Both the position numbers and the translations under genes were made by a program. Positions 24,079-44,300 of a stretch of DNA of 64,000 nt are shown piece after piece. This DNA comes from Pelomyxa schiedti (Eukaryota; Protista; Evosea), in assembly GCA_020536535.1 (NCBI GenBank), contig JAHLWZ010000291.1, forward strand, positions 131,524 through 195,523. Direction: 5' to 3'. Numbering within the stretch: the stretch's first letter is position 1; every line of letters begins with the position of its first letter. Below the pieces are notes generated by a model. It ran no database searches. It was given only the letters and a program-made list of their open reading frames with translations, and had not been told where the DNA came from.

Positions 24079-25361
24079 CTAAACGGTTCTTTTCCAACCT
24101 GGTTTGAGGTGGCTGAGTCTCATGCCCATACTTCTGGATAAATGTCTCTTTGCTCTGCTTGATTGTCCCCCCCTCCCTCTAGAACTGGCTCGCCCTCGGC
24201 CCCTCCCAGGGGTACTTGAACGGCCTCTTGTTCCTGTTACTGTTCCTCTTCCACTTCCTCTCCCTCTGCCACCTCTTCCTCTTCCCGCTCCAATACTTGT
24301 TCCTCTGGTGTTACCTCGTCCACCTCTGGAACTTCCGGTTCCTCTGCCTCGTCTAGTGTGCTGGTGTAGTTCGTGTGGCTTGCCGGAATGTGCTCCCGGG
24401 GCTGGTTTGTTGTTAAATGTGAAATGAATACAACGGTAAGAGGAGGAGCGCACAAATTTTCACTGCCTTTGTTACACTGAGACGGAAGCCATTGAACGGC
24501 ACTTGGTTTTTCGCTTTAATGGCTGCAATGGCAGCATCCGGGCCAGAAAATATGGCGAAGCCACAACTGCATTGTTCTAATAAATGGAATGCCTCAAGGG
24601 AAAAGTGTAGTACCACCGAGATGAGCCGTCAGCATTGGTCAAAAGTCTGAACTCCATAAATCCTTGGCAATCCGAGAACAGTGCCGCCAAATCCTCGCGT
24701 GTGACCAAAGGACCAAAGTTTGCCACATGACAAGTTTTATCCAGGTCACTCCTCGAGTGCTTAGCAGGGCTAACGAAACCCTCGAAAGACCGACGTTTTC
24801 TACCTGCAAGCTACACAGTGTACTCAGCAGTAAGTAAAAAAAAAAAGAAGAAAGAATGAGGAAACATCGAGGCAAGAAGCTCACCGGCCCACTTTGGTCG
24901 CCGTCGCCGTCTTCGTCGTCGTCGTCGTCTTCGTCTTCGTCGACCATGTCGTTGACATACACCAGTGGCATCGTAGGTGTCCCATAACCGTGGCCCAAGT
25001 CCACTGGCTGCGGGAGGGGGATCTCGTCGGCCACTCTCCGCGGAGGGGCCGCCGCCGCCGCCGCGGAACTCTCCGATGCAACAACAGAGGGAGCGGGTGG
25101 AGGAGGAGCTGCGAGTTCGGATGTTTGTTGTTGTTGTTGCAGTTGCTGATTGGCGCAGGGCTCCTGTGGCTGGGCCGCCGGCACTGCGACGCCCTGCATG
25201 GCACTCTGAGACATGGGCAGAGATTGTTTAATTAGTGCTTGCAACTGCACCTGATTGGTCACACTGAAGCTCCGAGGGAAGTGACTCTGAGTCAGAGGAT
25301 GGCCCCAGGGCTTTTCGAGGAGCCGAAACCGTTCGGAGGTGCCGGGAGATGCGGACTCCAT
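24079..25361 (-). CDS. RRM RNA-binding protein with acidic stretch and C-terminal RGG/RG box (start could be the ATG at 25214)
   Basis: RNP2-like TCHVANFG and RNP1-like CGFAIF, ending NGFRLSV; poly-Q and DEDEDDDDDED stretches; tail GRGRGGRGRGSGRG. Confidence 0.75.
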
Positions 25362-25492
25362 CGATGTCGAAGGGAGTCAGCTGATCTTGATCTACTTTTT
25401 CGTTGTTTCGTCTAATTTCGTTTCCTTAATTACGCTCTTTGTGGTCTTGCATGAGTTCAGCACGGCAGAGTGCGGCAATCGCGGGGCTGACC

Positions 25493-27222
25493 ATGGCCCA
25501 CCCCATAGATCTGACAACTGACGCGGGGACGCTCGCGGCCACGGCGGCTGCCAAGCCAGGGGACGACTTACCCAACGACGTGAGAAAACGTGTGCATGCT
25601 CTCAGATTCCTTGAGGTTTCCTTTTTTTTTTTTTTTTTTTTTTTTTTTGTTTTTTCGTTACCCCGTTGTTGTCTTCTATGTGTTTGAATTGACTGCAATA
25701 AAGGACGAGCACGCCAAATTGATGAAGCGATTGACTGAAGAACAAGACCAATTGGTACTCAAGTATGCTGGACTGGCACAGCCTATCTTTGATGCAGTTT
25801 GTCCTCACAATTCAAATTACTACCTTTATTGTATGCGTAGTAGTCATATTGTACTTTTTAGAGGCGCGCAATTGTAACAGGCGAAAAAGAGCCCACAGAA
25901 GAACAGACTGTTGGCTTCAGTGAACATCCCACAGCACCCCCTCCCGCAGGTACAGAGACTCCAGGGGTTAAATTCCAGTTAAAATGAAAGGAACAGGCAA
26001 AGGAATTCCTAAGTTTTGGTGCAAAGCTATTCTTCATAACGACGTAATTTGTAACTTGACGGAGCTCTCTCCACATGATGTTGAAGCGTTGGAATACTTG
26101 CAGAACATCCAAACTGAACTCATCCCGAAGCAAACGACTCTGGTCAACGGGAAAGAACAGCAGATGGTACTTCCCCAAATGTTCGAAAAAACCAAGCTCA
26201 CACCCGGAATCTTCTTTAGTATGGGTTCACGTTGCTTTTCACTTTTTCTCCAAACCCATTCTTCTCTGATGCTACCCTCACCAAATCTTTTTTCTTCACC
26301 GTAAATGATTCTAAGTCAGAAATTCATCACACAGAGAGGTAAAAAGATTTCCTGTCTTAATTTCTTTATAACGATTGTAGTGCACCCCCACACTGGAAAG
26401 AAGGAAAAATTCTCACTTTAACTACAGTGAGGTGCGTTCATTCATGTGTCCCTCGACCCATCCTACCAGTATCAATAAAAGAATTAACTTATGATAAAAA
26501 CAAGGCATAGGAAAAATGGTCGTATGGAAACTGTAACAAAGCCTAGAAAGAGTTTCTTTGACTTTTTTGTGCCACTTCCTCCACTGTTTTTCCAACTAAG
26601 CTCTGCTGTATGCATAGTTAATTCATATTCTTACAATACTCATTACCAAAGGACATGAAAAAAAGGAGCATTGAGGCAACAGGTAGCACTCCCTGTCTAA
26701 TATCAAACTAAATTCCTGCAGTTGGTTTAGAATTCAAAGAGGTTCTATGCCCAAATGCACTTGGGTGGTATTTAGGGGAAATGGTTTCCGAAGAGCCAGA
26801 GACTGACAGTGACGAAGCAGAAGGCCTTTTTGATGATAGCGACGGTGAAGGGGATGAGGATGGGCTGCAGAATTTGGGTGGGGAGGATAAAGATGAGGAT
26901 GATGACGAGGAAGAGGAACGCGAGGAGGAAGATGATGATGAAGAGGATGACAAACCTTTACGGTTTAGGGGAAAGAGACCCAGATTTGCTCTTTCGGTAA
27001 TTGTTTCCCAACCTTGTTTTTCTCTCACACTAAAATGAACCAACAAACACAAAACAGGCTAAATCGCTCAAGGACACTAAAGCCAAGCACAAACCTCTTT
27101 TCTCAACACAACCACAAGCAGTATCTTCCACAACAACATCCTCAGAATCCCCAAAAGCACCAGTAAAAACAGAAACAAATAAAGAGCCACCCGCTCCTCC
27201 CCCAGAATGCAAGAATCAATAG
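25493..27222 (+). CDS. NAP1: Nucleosome assembly protein 1 (NAP1) family, multi-exon
   Basis: LPNDVRKRVHALRFL, RRAIVTGEKEP, GIPKFW, FSPNPFF, SFFDFF, acidic tail, and C-terminal PPECKNQ* matching the NAP1 CKQQ-type prenylation motif. Confidence 0.88.
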
Positions 27223-27257
27223 AAAAGAGGGAAATTTTCTGTTTTTTTTTTTGTGAG

Positions 27258-28694
27258 TTACAGTCCACGCCAAAAACCAAGCCATGGTTTCTTGGTGACT
27301 TCTTCAATGGCCTTTTCATCCATGTTGAGAGGCTTTATGATCACAGAGACAGTAGGTACACTGGCACCAAGGAGTTTGCCAAAGAACCCTTGTTTGTGAA
27401 CACTGCTTTCCCAGTAGGTAACAACCCGGCGGAAGAATTCGCTTCGTTTGTCCCACAGCATCATTGCCCCGGAGAAGTTATTGGCTGCTTGAATGTGAAG
27501 AACTGTTCGCAGAAGGTCATCTTCACATCCAGGCTCACACCATGGATTCCCTAGAGTGAACACACGGCTCTTCATTCCGTCTTTAACCACGGGCTGCAAG
27601 AAAGGTAGCTTGGAGAGAATCCAGATTATTGGTAAAGTCCAGCACTGTTATGTAAAAAGAGTTAGGATTAGGAATCTTTTAAAGGACACATACATGCAGA
27701 ATCTGAAGCGGGAACATGTTTGCTTGGACTCCGGCAGTGATGTGTCCATCCCTCTTGAATACGTAATACGTATTCACATCAAGGGTTTCTTCTGGTTCCA
27801 CACAGAAGTGGTCAGAGTACAGTTTTTCCAGACGTGCTACCATGGCACTTCGCTCTGATGCACTGAGCAAGCTAACATTAGGTGATTTCTACAATTAATT
27901 AGTTTCTGTACAAAGGGAAATTGATGTACAGGTGGTTTTCTCCAGGAAACGCCAGTTGCTGACATCTTGCAAGCCACGCTGGCATCCACAGTAGTGGAGG
28001 CCCCAAGAGACGCGTAATTTGTGTCCTCAATAAGGGCCCAGGTGAGGCCAGGCTCCTGCGAGAAGACGGTTAATTTTCTTCTTGGGCTACGATATTTTCA
28101 GAACCTTTCTTATTTGCTTTGTGTAGTCGAGTCCATAAGCAAGCAATTCTCGGGCCAATCCTCGTCCTTGTGCTGCAGGTGAAATGCAAAGGAATTTTAC
28201 GTACTGTAGCCAAAGATCTTGAGGTACTCCTTCGCTAATGATTTTGGAAGGGTGTCTGTGCATTATATTAAACAAAAGGGGGGGAAAAAAGGGCAATTTA
28301 CGCACTGAGAGTGCGTCAAAGCAAGAAGTCCAGCCAGTTCACCCTTCTTTGATGGAGAACCCTGCACAGGCCACCTTGCTTCAACAACAGTGGCATGTTT
28401 TTCCTATAGGCTCCATTATGAAAAGAAAATGAACAACAAGCACACCTTGAGTAGGATTTTTCCCAATTCCAAGTTTATGTATAGCAGTGCGCTGGTCCCA
28501 TAAGGCACTTTTTCAGTGAACTCCACGTGTTCTTGTGTGAATCCATCGACGTGGCCCAGGACTAGGCCCGATTTGGCCCCACGGTGCCCGCGCTTTTTGG
28601 ACAATCGTGTCCTGATCGACTCAACGACCACCCATAATAGAATCAACCCTCCAACAATCCCAGTCGCAGCCGACAGCACAAACACCACACCCAT
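27258..28694 (-). CDS. Membrane-anchored GNAT-family acyl/acetyltransferase, multi-exon
   Basis: N-terminal TM (GIVGGLILLWVVV); acyl-CoA motif A YVKFLCISPAAQGRGLARELL. Confidence 0.6.
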
Positions 28695-28938
28695 TCAGGG
28701 GACAAAAGAAAGCGTTGTTTTTGGGTTTGAAGAGATTGTTTTTTTTCTTGATTCTATGTTGGACGTTGGTAACATTGTGCAAGTAGTGGATCAAAACCGG
28801 TCAAGAAAAGTCACTCTCAAATCTTGAAAACATACTTCCGGGTGCACAAGGTTCGTTTTTGGGTTTTTTTTTCGCCTTGTTTTACGTAAAAAAAGGGAAG
28901 ACAATACTACAGTAGGGTTGGTTGGTTTGTGGGTCTTT

Positions 28939-31219
28939 TCAGTGGGATGAAGCTTCACGTGCTTGTTGTATAAGTGGTACAAGTGCGGCACCGTTCGATG
29001 ATTTGTTGACAAAAACATGCTGGAGTTTTGTAAGTCAGTCTATGTTGCCGGAAAATGAATGTGGGAGAAGGGATACACACAGCAAGCATTGGGTTGGCCT
29101 CGGGTCGGGTGTCTACGTTGGTGTCGAGGCACTTGGCCAAGAAGTTGTGGAAGTCGGGGCTCCACGCCGACGGATTCTTTAGGCCGGGAATGCCTTTAGT
29201 GGTGATAAGGAACAACGCCCTGAGAGGAGGCAGTTCCTGTTGGAGTATAAACTAGAGAACAAAAAAATAAAATGCAAACCAAGTAGGGAGGTTGCCCCTC
29301 AGCCATTTCCATGATCATAATTCCTAGAGATGTTACATGGTAACTCGGGATAAAAGCGGTTACCTAAACTCCAAATATCAACTTTAGTTCCATAGTCATA
29401 GCCTCTTATAAGTTCTGGGGCCATCCAATATGGCTGTTTGAGTTGGTCGTTATTTTTTGTTTACTGTGTCTAGAGAACATACTGTTCCAACAACAGTGTT
29501 GCGTTTTTGTCTGCTCTTAGTAAGCTGCGCGGCATAGCCGAAGTCGGCTAGGAGAAGTTAGGATAAAGAGCTTAAAAGGGGTGTTTTCTACCAATTTTTA
29601 CCGCGCCATCAATGCCAAGTAAGATATTGTCACTCTTAATGTCCCTTGTTGCTACGTAAGAGCAAGTAGGTACACAGAAAGGATTTACCTGTGAACTCGG
29701 TGAAGATTGTGTATATAGGCCAACGCTTGAAGAGTCTTGTTGAATGGAGTGAGTAAGATAGTGGTGGTTGGGAGAGCAAACTTCACGGCATATATAAGCT
29801 ATATGATGCTCTTCAAGTGGAATAGAATCGTGGCAGTCGAGTAGATCGGTAAGACAACCACCACCCATGAACTCCATGATAACCCATATTTCTTTGTCTC
29901 CAATAAGGTACGAGTCAATGTACTCCACCTTCGAAGAAGTTTGTACGGACATTATTTTGGTAGTATGTCATACAATATTTGGCTGAGAACTGGTTTTCAT
30001 TATACCAATCTCTGTGGCCAGAAGCTTCTCATTTTCAGCACTTATGTCCATTTTCTTCACAGCAACTTGTCGTCCATTCTTTGTATATGTGGCGAGATAG
30101 ACCTTCCCCGCGGCACTAATACCATGAAAAACATATTTTGTTTTCGAATTGCATACCCTTCACCAACAAGTGTCATACCAGTAAAATATGCAGTGGGATT
30201 TTCTTGGATGGCAAGGTCAGCTAGAAAAGTGTGAGACAAAAAGCCCAAGTAAAATCTATACCTAAAGCAGTATTTGACAGATCTTCAGGGAAAGCAACTG
30301 CATCGGGTGTGGGGGTTGGGTTATTCAAAGCCTGTGTAGAGGAAAGCATTAAATTTTGTTTCGTAGAAGTCAGTTACGCACTTGCTGACGTTTCATTTCA
30401 AAGTCAAGTACAGCCATCACCTGCATCAAGTAAGTAACTACGAGAGCAAATATAAAAGCTACCTGCTGTTGATTATTCCTTTGCTCTTCGTAGGAGATAC
30501 CAGACGATTTTAACAAAGCCTCCCACTCAGCAGGTAGGCCCTAATACAAATAAGGAGGTAGTGGAGAATCCACATTTGCTAACCACAAAGCCCATCTTGG
30601 GATCGAAGCGGACGTGCGTATTCTACAGCGGTTACAAACGAGAATGCCTAAAGAATTCACATACATGGGCGACATTAAAAGGTACTCCAACTGTGCTAAC
30701 TTCACTGCCCTTGTCAATAGCGGACATCCAAGCTGTCATTTCGGCTTTATTGGGAGCCTAGAAAAGATACATAAGGATCGCATAAAAAACGGATTTGCTC
30801 CGAACTTGTATGTAGAATTTTTTCGTTACACCATTTGACCTAGAAGTGAGGCAAAAGCAATTATCTTTGCCAATGGACGCTGGCTCAATGTGGCATGCAG
30901 CAAGGGGAACCTCACCAACTGGTCTCTCATCCTAATTGCAACGAGTAAGAACACCAATGTTGGTTAGCGATTCTATGTACAGTTCTATCTTTGAAGTAGA
31001 ACAGTTTCCCGTTTTTGAGTCTGAACCACCTGTTCTTCCAACTTTTCACCACATGTCCTAATCAACACCAAACGTAAGTTTAAGTGCCAAATTTGATTTT
31101 GTTAATCATTGTATGGTTTTTTTTAATAAAAAAAAAAAACCACCTTGTTTGCACATCATTCCCTCTTTTTCAGGAGAAGACCAAGCGGCTGCGGAGGTTG
31201 ATGTCGAAGTGGTGGCCAT
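28939..31219 (-). CDS. p21-activated kinase with PH and CRIB domains (PakC/Cla4-like), multi-exon
   Basis: PH: KEGMMCKQG|[21 protein letters not shown]; CRIB: VGVPFNVAH|NTHVRFDP..|[10 protein letters not shown]; kinase: [43 protein letters not shown]. Confidence 0.9.
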
Positions 31220-31779
31220 GTCTACGTACTACAAAAAAGAGGGGGGTTGTTGTGTGGTGTCGTTAGTTTTTTTTTCTCTTTTAGTTTTAAACGCGATTGA
31301 TTTTGATCTTCTTTTTAGTCTCCAAATTTGGAGCGTTTATCTGGAGCGGTTTTATTTCTAAATCTCTCCGCCTCCTTCACGTGAAGGGCACCCAGACAGG
31401 AAGTAATGCAGATCTTAATTGAACCGGCAATAAGATTCTGTGCGTTGTCTGGATGTTGCCGAAACCATGTCCTCCGACTCCCACAATTCTGCAGAAGCAG
31501 CCGATCGGGCACTGTGGGGAAGCAACGTGAGGAAAAACGTGAGATCAGTGATCACTACCAGAAGGAGCCTGTAATCAGCCGAAAAGAAACCCGTTCCGTG
31601 CGGAGAAAAGCCACAGCGGAGAAAAAGCCACCAACATAAAGAGAACACGAACTGGAAAACCACAAACAAAAAGCAAAAAGCAAAAAGCAAAAACCAACAA
31701 ACCAACACAGCTTTCGTAAATGCAAGGAGGTCGCAGCGACAATGTGCTTTGGAGGGTACCCACTCCCTCTGTGTCTCCC

Positions 31780-34658
31780 ATGCCAATGATGGCAATGATG
31801 ATGGGTGGTGGTGATGGTAAGTTTATGCCCCACCTCACGCACTGTCGTTTATTTTCCCTTTTGTTTTTCGTTCTGACCGTTGTGCTCCCAGTCTCAGCAG
31901 CCGCTCAAAAGTTCGTAAGAGGCAGAATTGAGAAGTTCCTGAGGACTGGCACTTGGGAAATGATCCCACTCCCGTTTTTGAGGCCTCCTTGTCTAGTAAA
32001 TGGCTTGATTACAATGTACTTGAAAGTTCCACTGCTTACCTGTACTTACCTTCTCCATTGACAGTGAAAATGGGCTGGTGACCAGCGGTACTATTGAGGG
32101 TCTAATAGGTTATCCAATCGAACTAACGATGCCACTTGTGCCTGACTCTTAACATTTTAAGATGTCCTCAGTTTCCCTGGACCACCTGATACAAAGGAGT
32201 TTCTCACCTCGTTCTTGTTTACGATGCATTTTGTTACTACATACGCCGACGTTTTGCGGAACCTCTTCGCCAAGTAATAGCTCTCTAGGATTCCTCGTTT
32301 TGATAGTAGATATACTAGGTACTTGGACCCTATTGATATGCCTTTCCGCATTGAAGCCTTCAGCAATGATGACTTCCACGAAAGTGTCCGTTGCACGTAC
32401 GGCTTCACTTGATATCCCAATATTCTGATCTTAATTTTAACCAGAGTACTGCATGCATGCTTATGCTGGGCCAGCTTACCTAAGGTTATGTTGAAACGAG
32501 AACCTGAGGCTGTGGAACTTTTACTCAGATTCCTTTCGGAAACTATCCTCCCCAATCATAAGCCATTTGCTCAGACCATACTGGTACCACTGAGTGCCGT
32601 TGCGGCAGATGTATTTTCCCATATCTGTGTAGCTTTTCAGTAATGGACAAAATAGTTGGGATTGAAAAGACCCCTAGTGTTGGAAGGGACTGTCTCTACT
32701 GCATTATCGTCACTTGGGCCATCACCAAACACAACGTCTACAGCTGCCGCTCCAACAAGTGCTTTATGTACACCAGAGCAAATGGCGGACTTGTGGATGA
32801 AGTCCCCACACTGTAAGGCAAGAAGGAAAAATCTCATCAAGTACACGCGTTCCTTTCCTGGTTAGTGGCAATTCAAGTCACACCCATTGCTCACTGTTCC
32901 ATAAGCACATAAAATACTCCAGTCTACTATGGATCAGTTACACATGTCAATGGAAGAAGTGGGTTAGCCAACAATTTTTCTATGTACTCACTGACTTTTC
33001 AACGCAGATCAATAGTATTGCGGATAAGATGCTCGAAAAAGTGATAATAAAACCGACGGTTGAGAAATCCAAATCAAAAGTCCTCCATATGAACTGGACT
33101 AAAGGAAAATAGTGAGTCTTATCAATCCTTAAGTTTATGTTTACTTACGCTCTAAAAGCTATTACTTTCCGGAAACGGAGGTTTGACACAAATCCTTTGT
33201 GCTATGATTTACATTATTCCCAGTGTACAGAGTACACCCTAGCGCAGGCCTGGATGAGCGGAAAGTATTGCAAGAAGAGAACTATTAATTTTGTAACATA
33301 TAAGCACTGCTTCCCCGGTAGGAAACAAATCGTACTACTCTTGCATTGATCTCCCATTTAGCTACCAAGGCCGCGGCAGATGCAGCAAAGACATTTTCTA
33401 TTATGGAGGAACAAGTTTGTACAGTGGCCTTTGAAATGCTACAACACGAAGTCATCAAAGCTGTTGTTTCATTGAACGGAAAGATTTTCAATACTGCTCC
33501 AGATGTATTGTGTGTATAACAGTCCCTAAGACCAAAATCTTACTTCAATTACAGCTATTACTTCCCTGTGGAGGCAAAGGTTGTAGATCTATTTGCCCTT
33601 AATGTGTTCTAATTTCAGAGAAGAAAGTAAAGGGGGATACTACTTCCTTACCCACACCCATTTTTGAAACCAGTGCCTCTGTAAGCTTCTCTTTGCGGTT
33701 TTTTTGGTTCACCATTTTTAGGGGGTAAAACTCTTATCCTTGGATCCAGTAGAAATTTCCCGGCAAGTATGATTGAACACAAATAAAGCAAATCTAAAGC
33801 ATGCATAGTTGTGTATCCTCGTTTCCTCCTTGTATGATAATATTTCTGTTTATGAGTTCGCCAAGACGGTTCTTTTTTGTTTCATTTATTATTTTAGTAA
33901 CTGCTTTGAAGGCATGGAATAAAAATCAAGCTGTCTGTCCAAATTTGATGAACTTCATTAACTTTAGTACGAAGGTAGATGCCCGCCACAGTGATAATGC
34001 ATTTACCAATGACAGACATCCAATTGGGTTGTACAAGAGATAACCAGAGAGCCAGAAAATCCCAACAGGATTGCACATTTTATTGCTATAGCAAGTGCGA
34101 CAACCCTTTAAGAAACTCGCTCCTTACATTTCACAGATAACTGCCTCAAACTCAATAACTTCCAATCGTGCTTCGATATTGCAATGAAATTACAGTCACC
34201 AGAAGTCTCCCGACTTACAACTGCCTGGGAGGTACCACTCCAATAAAAACCATTCCGCAGATTTGCTCATTTCGGGCTTGCAATAGGCGTTACCATCAAG
34301 TGCCAAGCAAACATTCAACTCTCTGGTGGAGCTTGTAGATCCATCCAAGGAGCACAAAACTTACTTCCCAATGTTGGGTCAAGCTGTGGGACCTTGTATC
34401 CCATTTATGGGTATGCTATGCAGTAATTCGCATCAAGAGGTAACAAAAAGCAATATCATAGGGTCTTGGTTGAAACAACTTGCTTTGGCTGATGAAGCCT
34501 TGGAGTTGTTCATCACAGAACAGGGACAACAGAGGGTGAACTTCAGTTACATGACAATAATGGGCAAGATCTACAAGTGGTTTGCAGGATACCAACAACT
34601 CAAGTACAACTTCACCCCAGTGACGGAGATCCAGACCTACCTCGTCAATCAACCATAA
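31780..34658 (+). CDS. Ras guanine nucleotide exchange factor (REM plus CDC25 domain), multi-exon
   Basis: REM-like GTIEGLI near 32090; CDC25 features including C-terminal PCIPFMG, VNFSYM and YQQLKYNFTPVTEIQTYL. Start codon approximate. Confidence 0.75.
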
Positions 34659-34886
34659 CCACGTCACACTACGACCGTCCCACCCCAGATTTGTTTATTC
34701 AAAATAATAATAAGCATGAGTTTCTGTTTATTCTCTCGGCGTGCCGTTTGACATCGTTTGCCGGCATCGTCTTGTCTACGGACACGCCAGATCTATCTCA
34801 TCAAGCTCCGATTTACGTTGAAACAGAAAACAAGAAAGAAAATAAAAAAAAAAACGAACCACCAACAAGCACCGATCCTCGATGGT

Positions 34887-39581
<4,695 letters not shown>

Positions 39582-39707
39582 TCCTATTCATATTTAAAAT
39601 GTAAAACCGAGCAGCATGAACACTTTTATTTAGCTTGTATCTTGAAGGCTGAGGCGTCCCCGAGTTGGGTGTCCCCTTCCACCATTCAATGAACTGGCTT
39701 TTTTTAG

Positions 39708-40987
<1,280 letters not shown>

Positions 40988-41394
40988 GCTCCTGTACCAC
41001 CACTTCCAGACAACAACCAGAGAATACAAATGGACTTTTCATTGAGCGATTAACGGGAAGAGCAGGAGTCTTGTTGAATGTGGTAAGCACTGGGCTCTAT
41101 CCCCCTTCCTCTCATTCCGCGTTGTTGAGCCACTGGTTTGGCAAACAACTGCAGGAACAGACTAGGTTTGGGGAAAAGGACACCCTTTGTACCTGCCAAG
41201 ACACACTAATTCCCGTGTTCATGAAGTTCAGGTTTTCTTCTGGTTGTTGGCCAACAGAACCATTTTGAATATTAAAAAAAAAACTTTCTGTTTATCTTTT
41301 TTTCCCAATCTGCCTGCCTTGGCCAGGGTACATGTGATGTCGGTGATCAAGTTATAAGAAACCAAAAAAAATTGGTCGATTCAAAGGAAAAAAA

Positions 41395-44300
41395 ATGTTC
41401 GGTCGCAAGAAGACGAAGGGGTCCGGGGAGAAGTCCACGGCCAGCGCCTCCGCCGCGGCGGCCTCGACGCCGGCGCCGCCCCCGGCCAGCAGCTCCATTA
41501 GCACGCCCAAGCACTCCCACCACCGCCACCACTCCCACTCGGACGACGAGCGAGACGACGACGACGACGCAGCCACGCCCACGTCCGCCTCCGCAGTCGA
41601 CGAGCCCGCGGCGGTCCCCAGCGCCAAGCCCGCGTCGTCGTCGACGACCACGAGCGCCACCACCACCCCCTCGTCGTCTCCCCCATCGTCCAGCCTGGCT
41701 CCGTGCAAGGAAGACCCCCTCCTGCACCCCTCCGCGGCGGCGGCCGAGTCCCCCAGCGACCCCTCCGCGTCGTCCTCCTCCTCGTCCTCGTCCTCGTCCA
41801 CGTCCGCCTCCGCACCCGCCGCCACCACGGCGGCGGTGGTACCTGGTGTGAAGAAGGTGTCGACGCCGGACCCGAGCCGGACGCGGCGGTCCAGCGTGAC
41901 GTCGTCGACGCCGTCGGTGCTGGCCGGGGGCGTCAGCGCGTTTGGGGGCAAGATGGACACGGAGCCCGACCGCATCCAGAGGCACTACTACCAGATTGTA
42001 AATCACCTTTGGCACCAGTTTGGTTCCACTTTCCCTGGCTTGAAGTTGGTCTTCTCTGGGCCTGTCACCCTCACTTTGACAGTTCCTTCAGTTTGTTTGT
42101 GGTTTTTTTTTTTTTTTTTTTGACCCCACCTAAGAAATAATGTGCTCGACATTATATAATGTCGTTAAAATTGTTGTGGTTAATCATATCTTCTAGAACT
42201 CAATTACGAAAACTGTGAAGTTTGATCTAAAGATGACAACGACTGAAGTACTTACTCAGGTTTGCTCTGAAGAGTTTTCTTCTTTTATTTTTTTTTTTTT
42301 ATAGTGGTGTTAGATTGTCAAGGACTTGGGGAAAAAAGTTGTTGATCAGGACCCTTCATTGTATTGCCTATATCTACATGTGGGTGGTTTGGCAACCCAA
42401 AGCAGGTTTGTATTCTTCTCGTGTTATCTGATGGCAAATTCACTTTCAAACAGCACATCTCCAGCTGAATGTTACAAAATGATGGATGGTGCACCCTTAT
42501 GGCTTTTCCACTTTACATCACATGTATTTCGATTGGCATTGCCTTCATTTATAAGCATTTACGCCATAAAAGGATGCTGTGGAAATCCGAAAAAAACCTG
42601 CAGTGGAAGTAGAGGATAGTGTTCTGCTGAAGGTCTTGGTACCAGAGCAAAAAGTGAGCTGTACTATAAAATTTCCTGTCCTTTCTACACTCGAGACTGT
42701 CTTGCAGGTGGGCTGACAAATTTCTTTGTTGCTGGACTCAATCCATTTTTTATTCACTTCAGGGCGTTAATCAATTCAACTGGAGTAACCTTGACGTACA
42801 GTATTTACCAATACTGTCCAAACATCTCAAATATTATTCCCTTCTTTATCTTTCTCCAAATCAAGGATGGACTGTCCTTGAAGACCACCTCACACTACAA
42901 CACTACAGCCTTCCAAATTTGGTAACTTTTTTATTCTATCCACTGTGAACTGACGACAAGCCAAGTCCATTGTAGTATTAGCTCGCAAGCCTCTTCTAGA
43001 GCTCGAATACGAGCGCGCATCAGGTCCAATTGAGGATTACATAAGGTACCATCATATTATTTTCGTTTTATTTTTCACACTTAGTAGTACCTGTGAAACA
43101 GACATTGCCTCAAAAAGTAAGAAGGTCACTTTGAATCTGGAAGAACCGATTGGCGGTACAATGTGCAACCTCGTTAAATGGTCTGAAGCAATGTACGGAG
43201 CTCCCCATTTGCTGCATTGAGTTTCTTTCTCATGTTCGATTTTCAGGTTTGGAAGCATTCCTTGGACTGTACAGGAATCAGCAAAAAAAGGTAGGACCCC
43301 TACTTTTTTTTTCTTTTTAAAGACAGCATCAAAAGAAGTCTTGCCAGTCAAACCAGCAAAGATAAAACCCAAGAAGTCCGCTCCTTCATCCCCTCGCCTT
43401 GTATGTGTTACTTGAAATGCTACTTCATCACAATTAAGCATGGATAGTCAAAATCAGAGAGTGATGAGGAGCCTGACGACGACGAGCCTGATGACACACC
43501 ACACAAACCAGAAAAACCAGAAAAACCGGAAAAACCACCTGTTGTAGCTAGTATGTAAACACTCTACTGTATTATTTCCTAACTGAACGCATCTTTTTGC
43601 TAGAGCCTTCTCGAGAGTTTTCAGATGACGAAGATGAAGATACCGGAACAAAAAAAGTTGGTAATACCACTACCCGTCTTGTTTATCCTTGTCACTGGGT
43701 TTAGAAGCGCCAAAAACTACATCTACTGCAGCTTCCAGTCCGACCTCAACAACAACAACTTCGAGTAACTTCTCAGTACAAGCGTTTTCCTTACCAACCA
43801 CTAGGCAGCTTCGAGTTTCAGTTGTGTGTTTATGGAAATAGCCTGGACTTAGCATCCACAATGGATGAAATTGACTGGAAGATTGGGGTTTGTGACTTCC
43901 TTTTCGCCAACTTTTAACACGAAAAAAGCAAGTTCTAACTCTGAAGATGGGCAAAAACGCGTTAGAATTCCTTGTAACCTATTGTCCCTCAGCAGAACTG
44001 CAAGATCAAATAGCTATCCAAAGTATGAACCGTCTGTACTTCCTTCTACTAACATTATGAAAGCTGGTATCGAACTGGAAGGGGAAGAAATTGTGATTGA
44101 TATTGTAACCCATGTGAGGCATCTCTATATTCCTGCCCCTGCTACCTCACTTACCACCCCTGTCATTGTTATGGGCTACATGTTTATCACCAATTACCAA
44201 CTAGTCTTCCGAAGCTATCAAAATTCACAGGTCACTTTCTTTTCGTTTTGCCTCGTACTCATTTTCGTAGAAAGATGAAATAAAAATTCCGCTTGCATCT

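Noticed and set aside
10143-28694. Possible biosynthetic gene cluster around the PKS
   Set aside because: The flanking genes are a surface protein, a kinase-like gene, an RRM protein and NAP1. No PPTase, reductase, oxygenase or transporter is visible.
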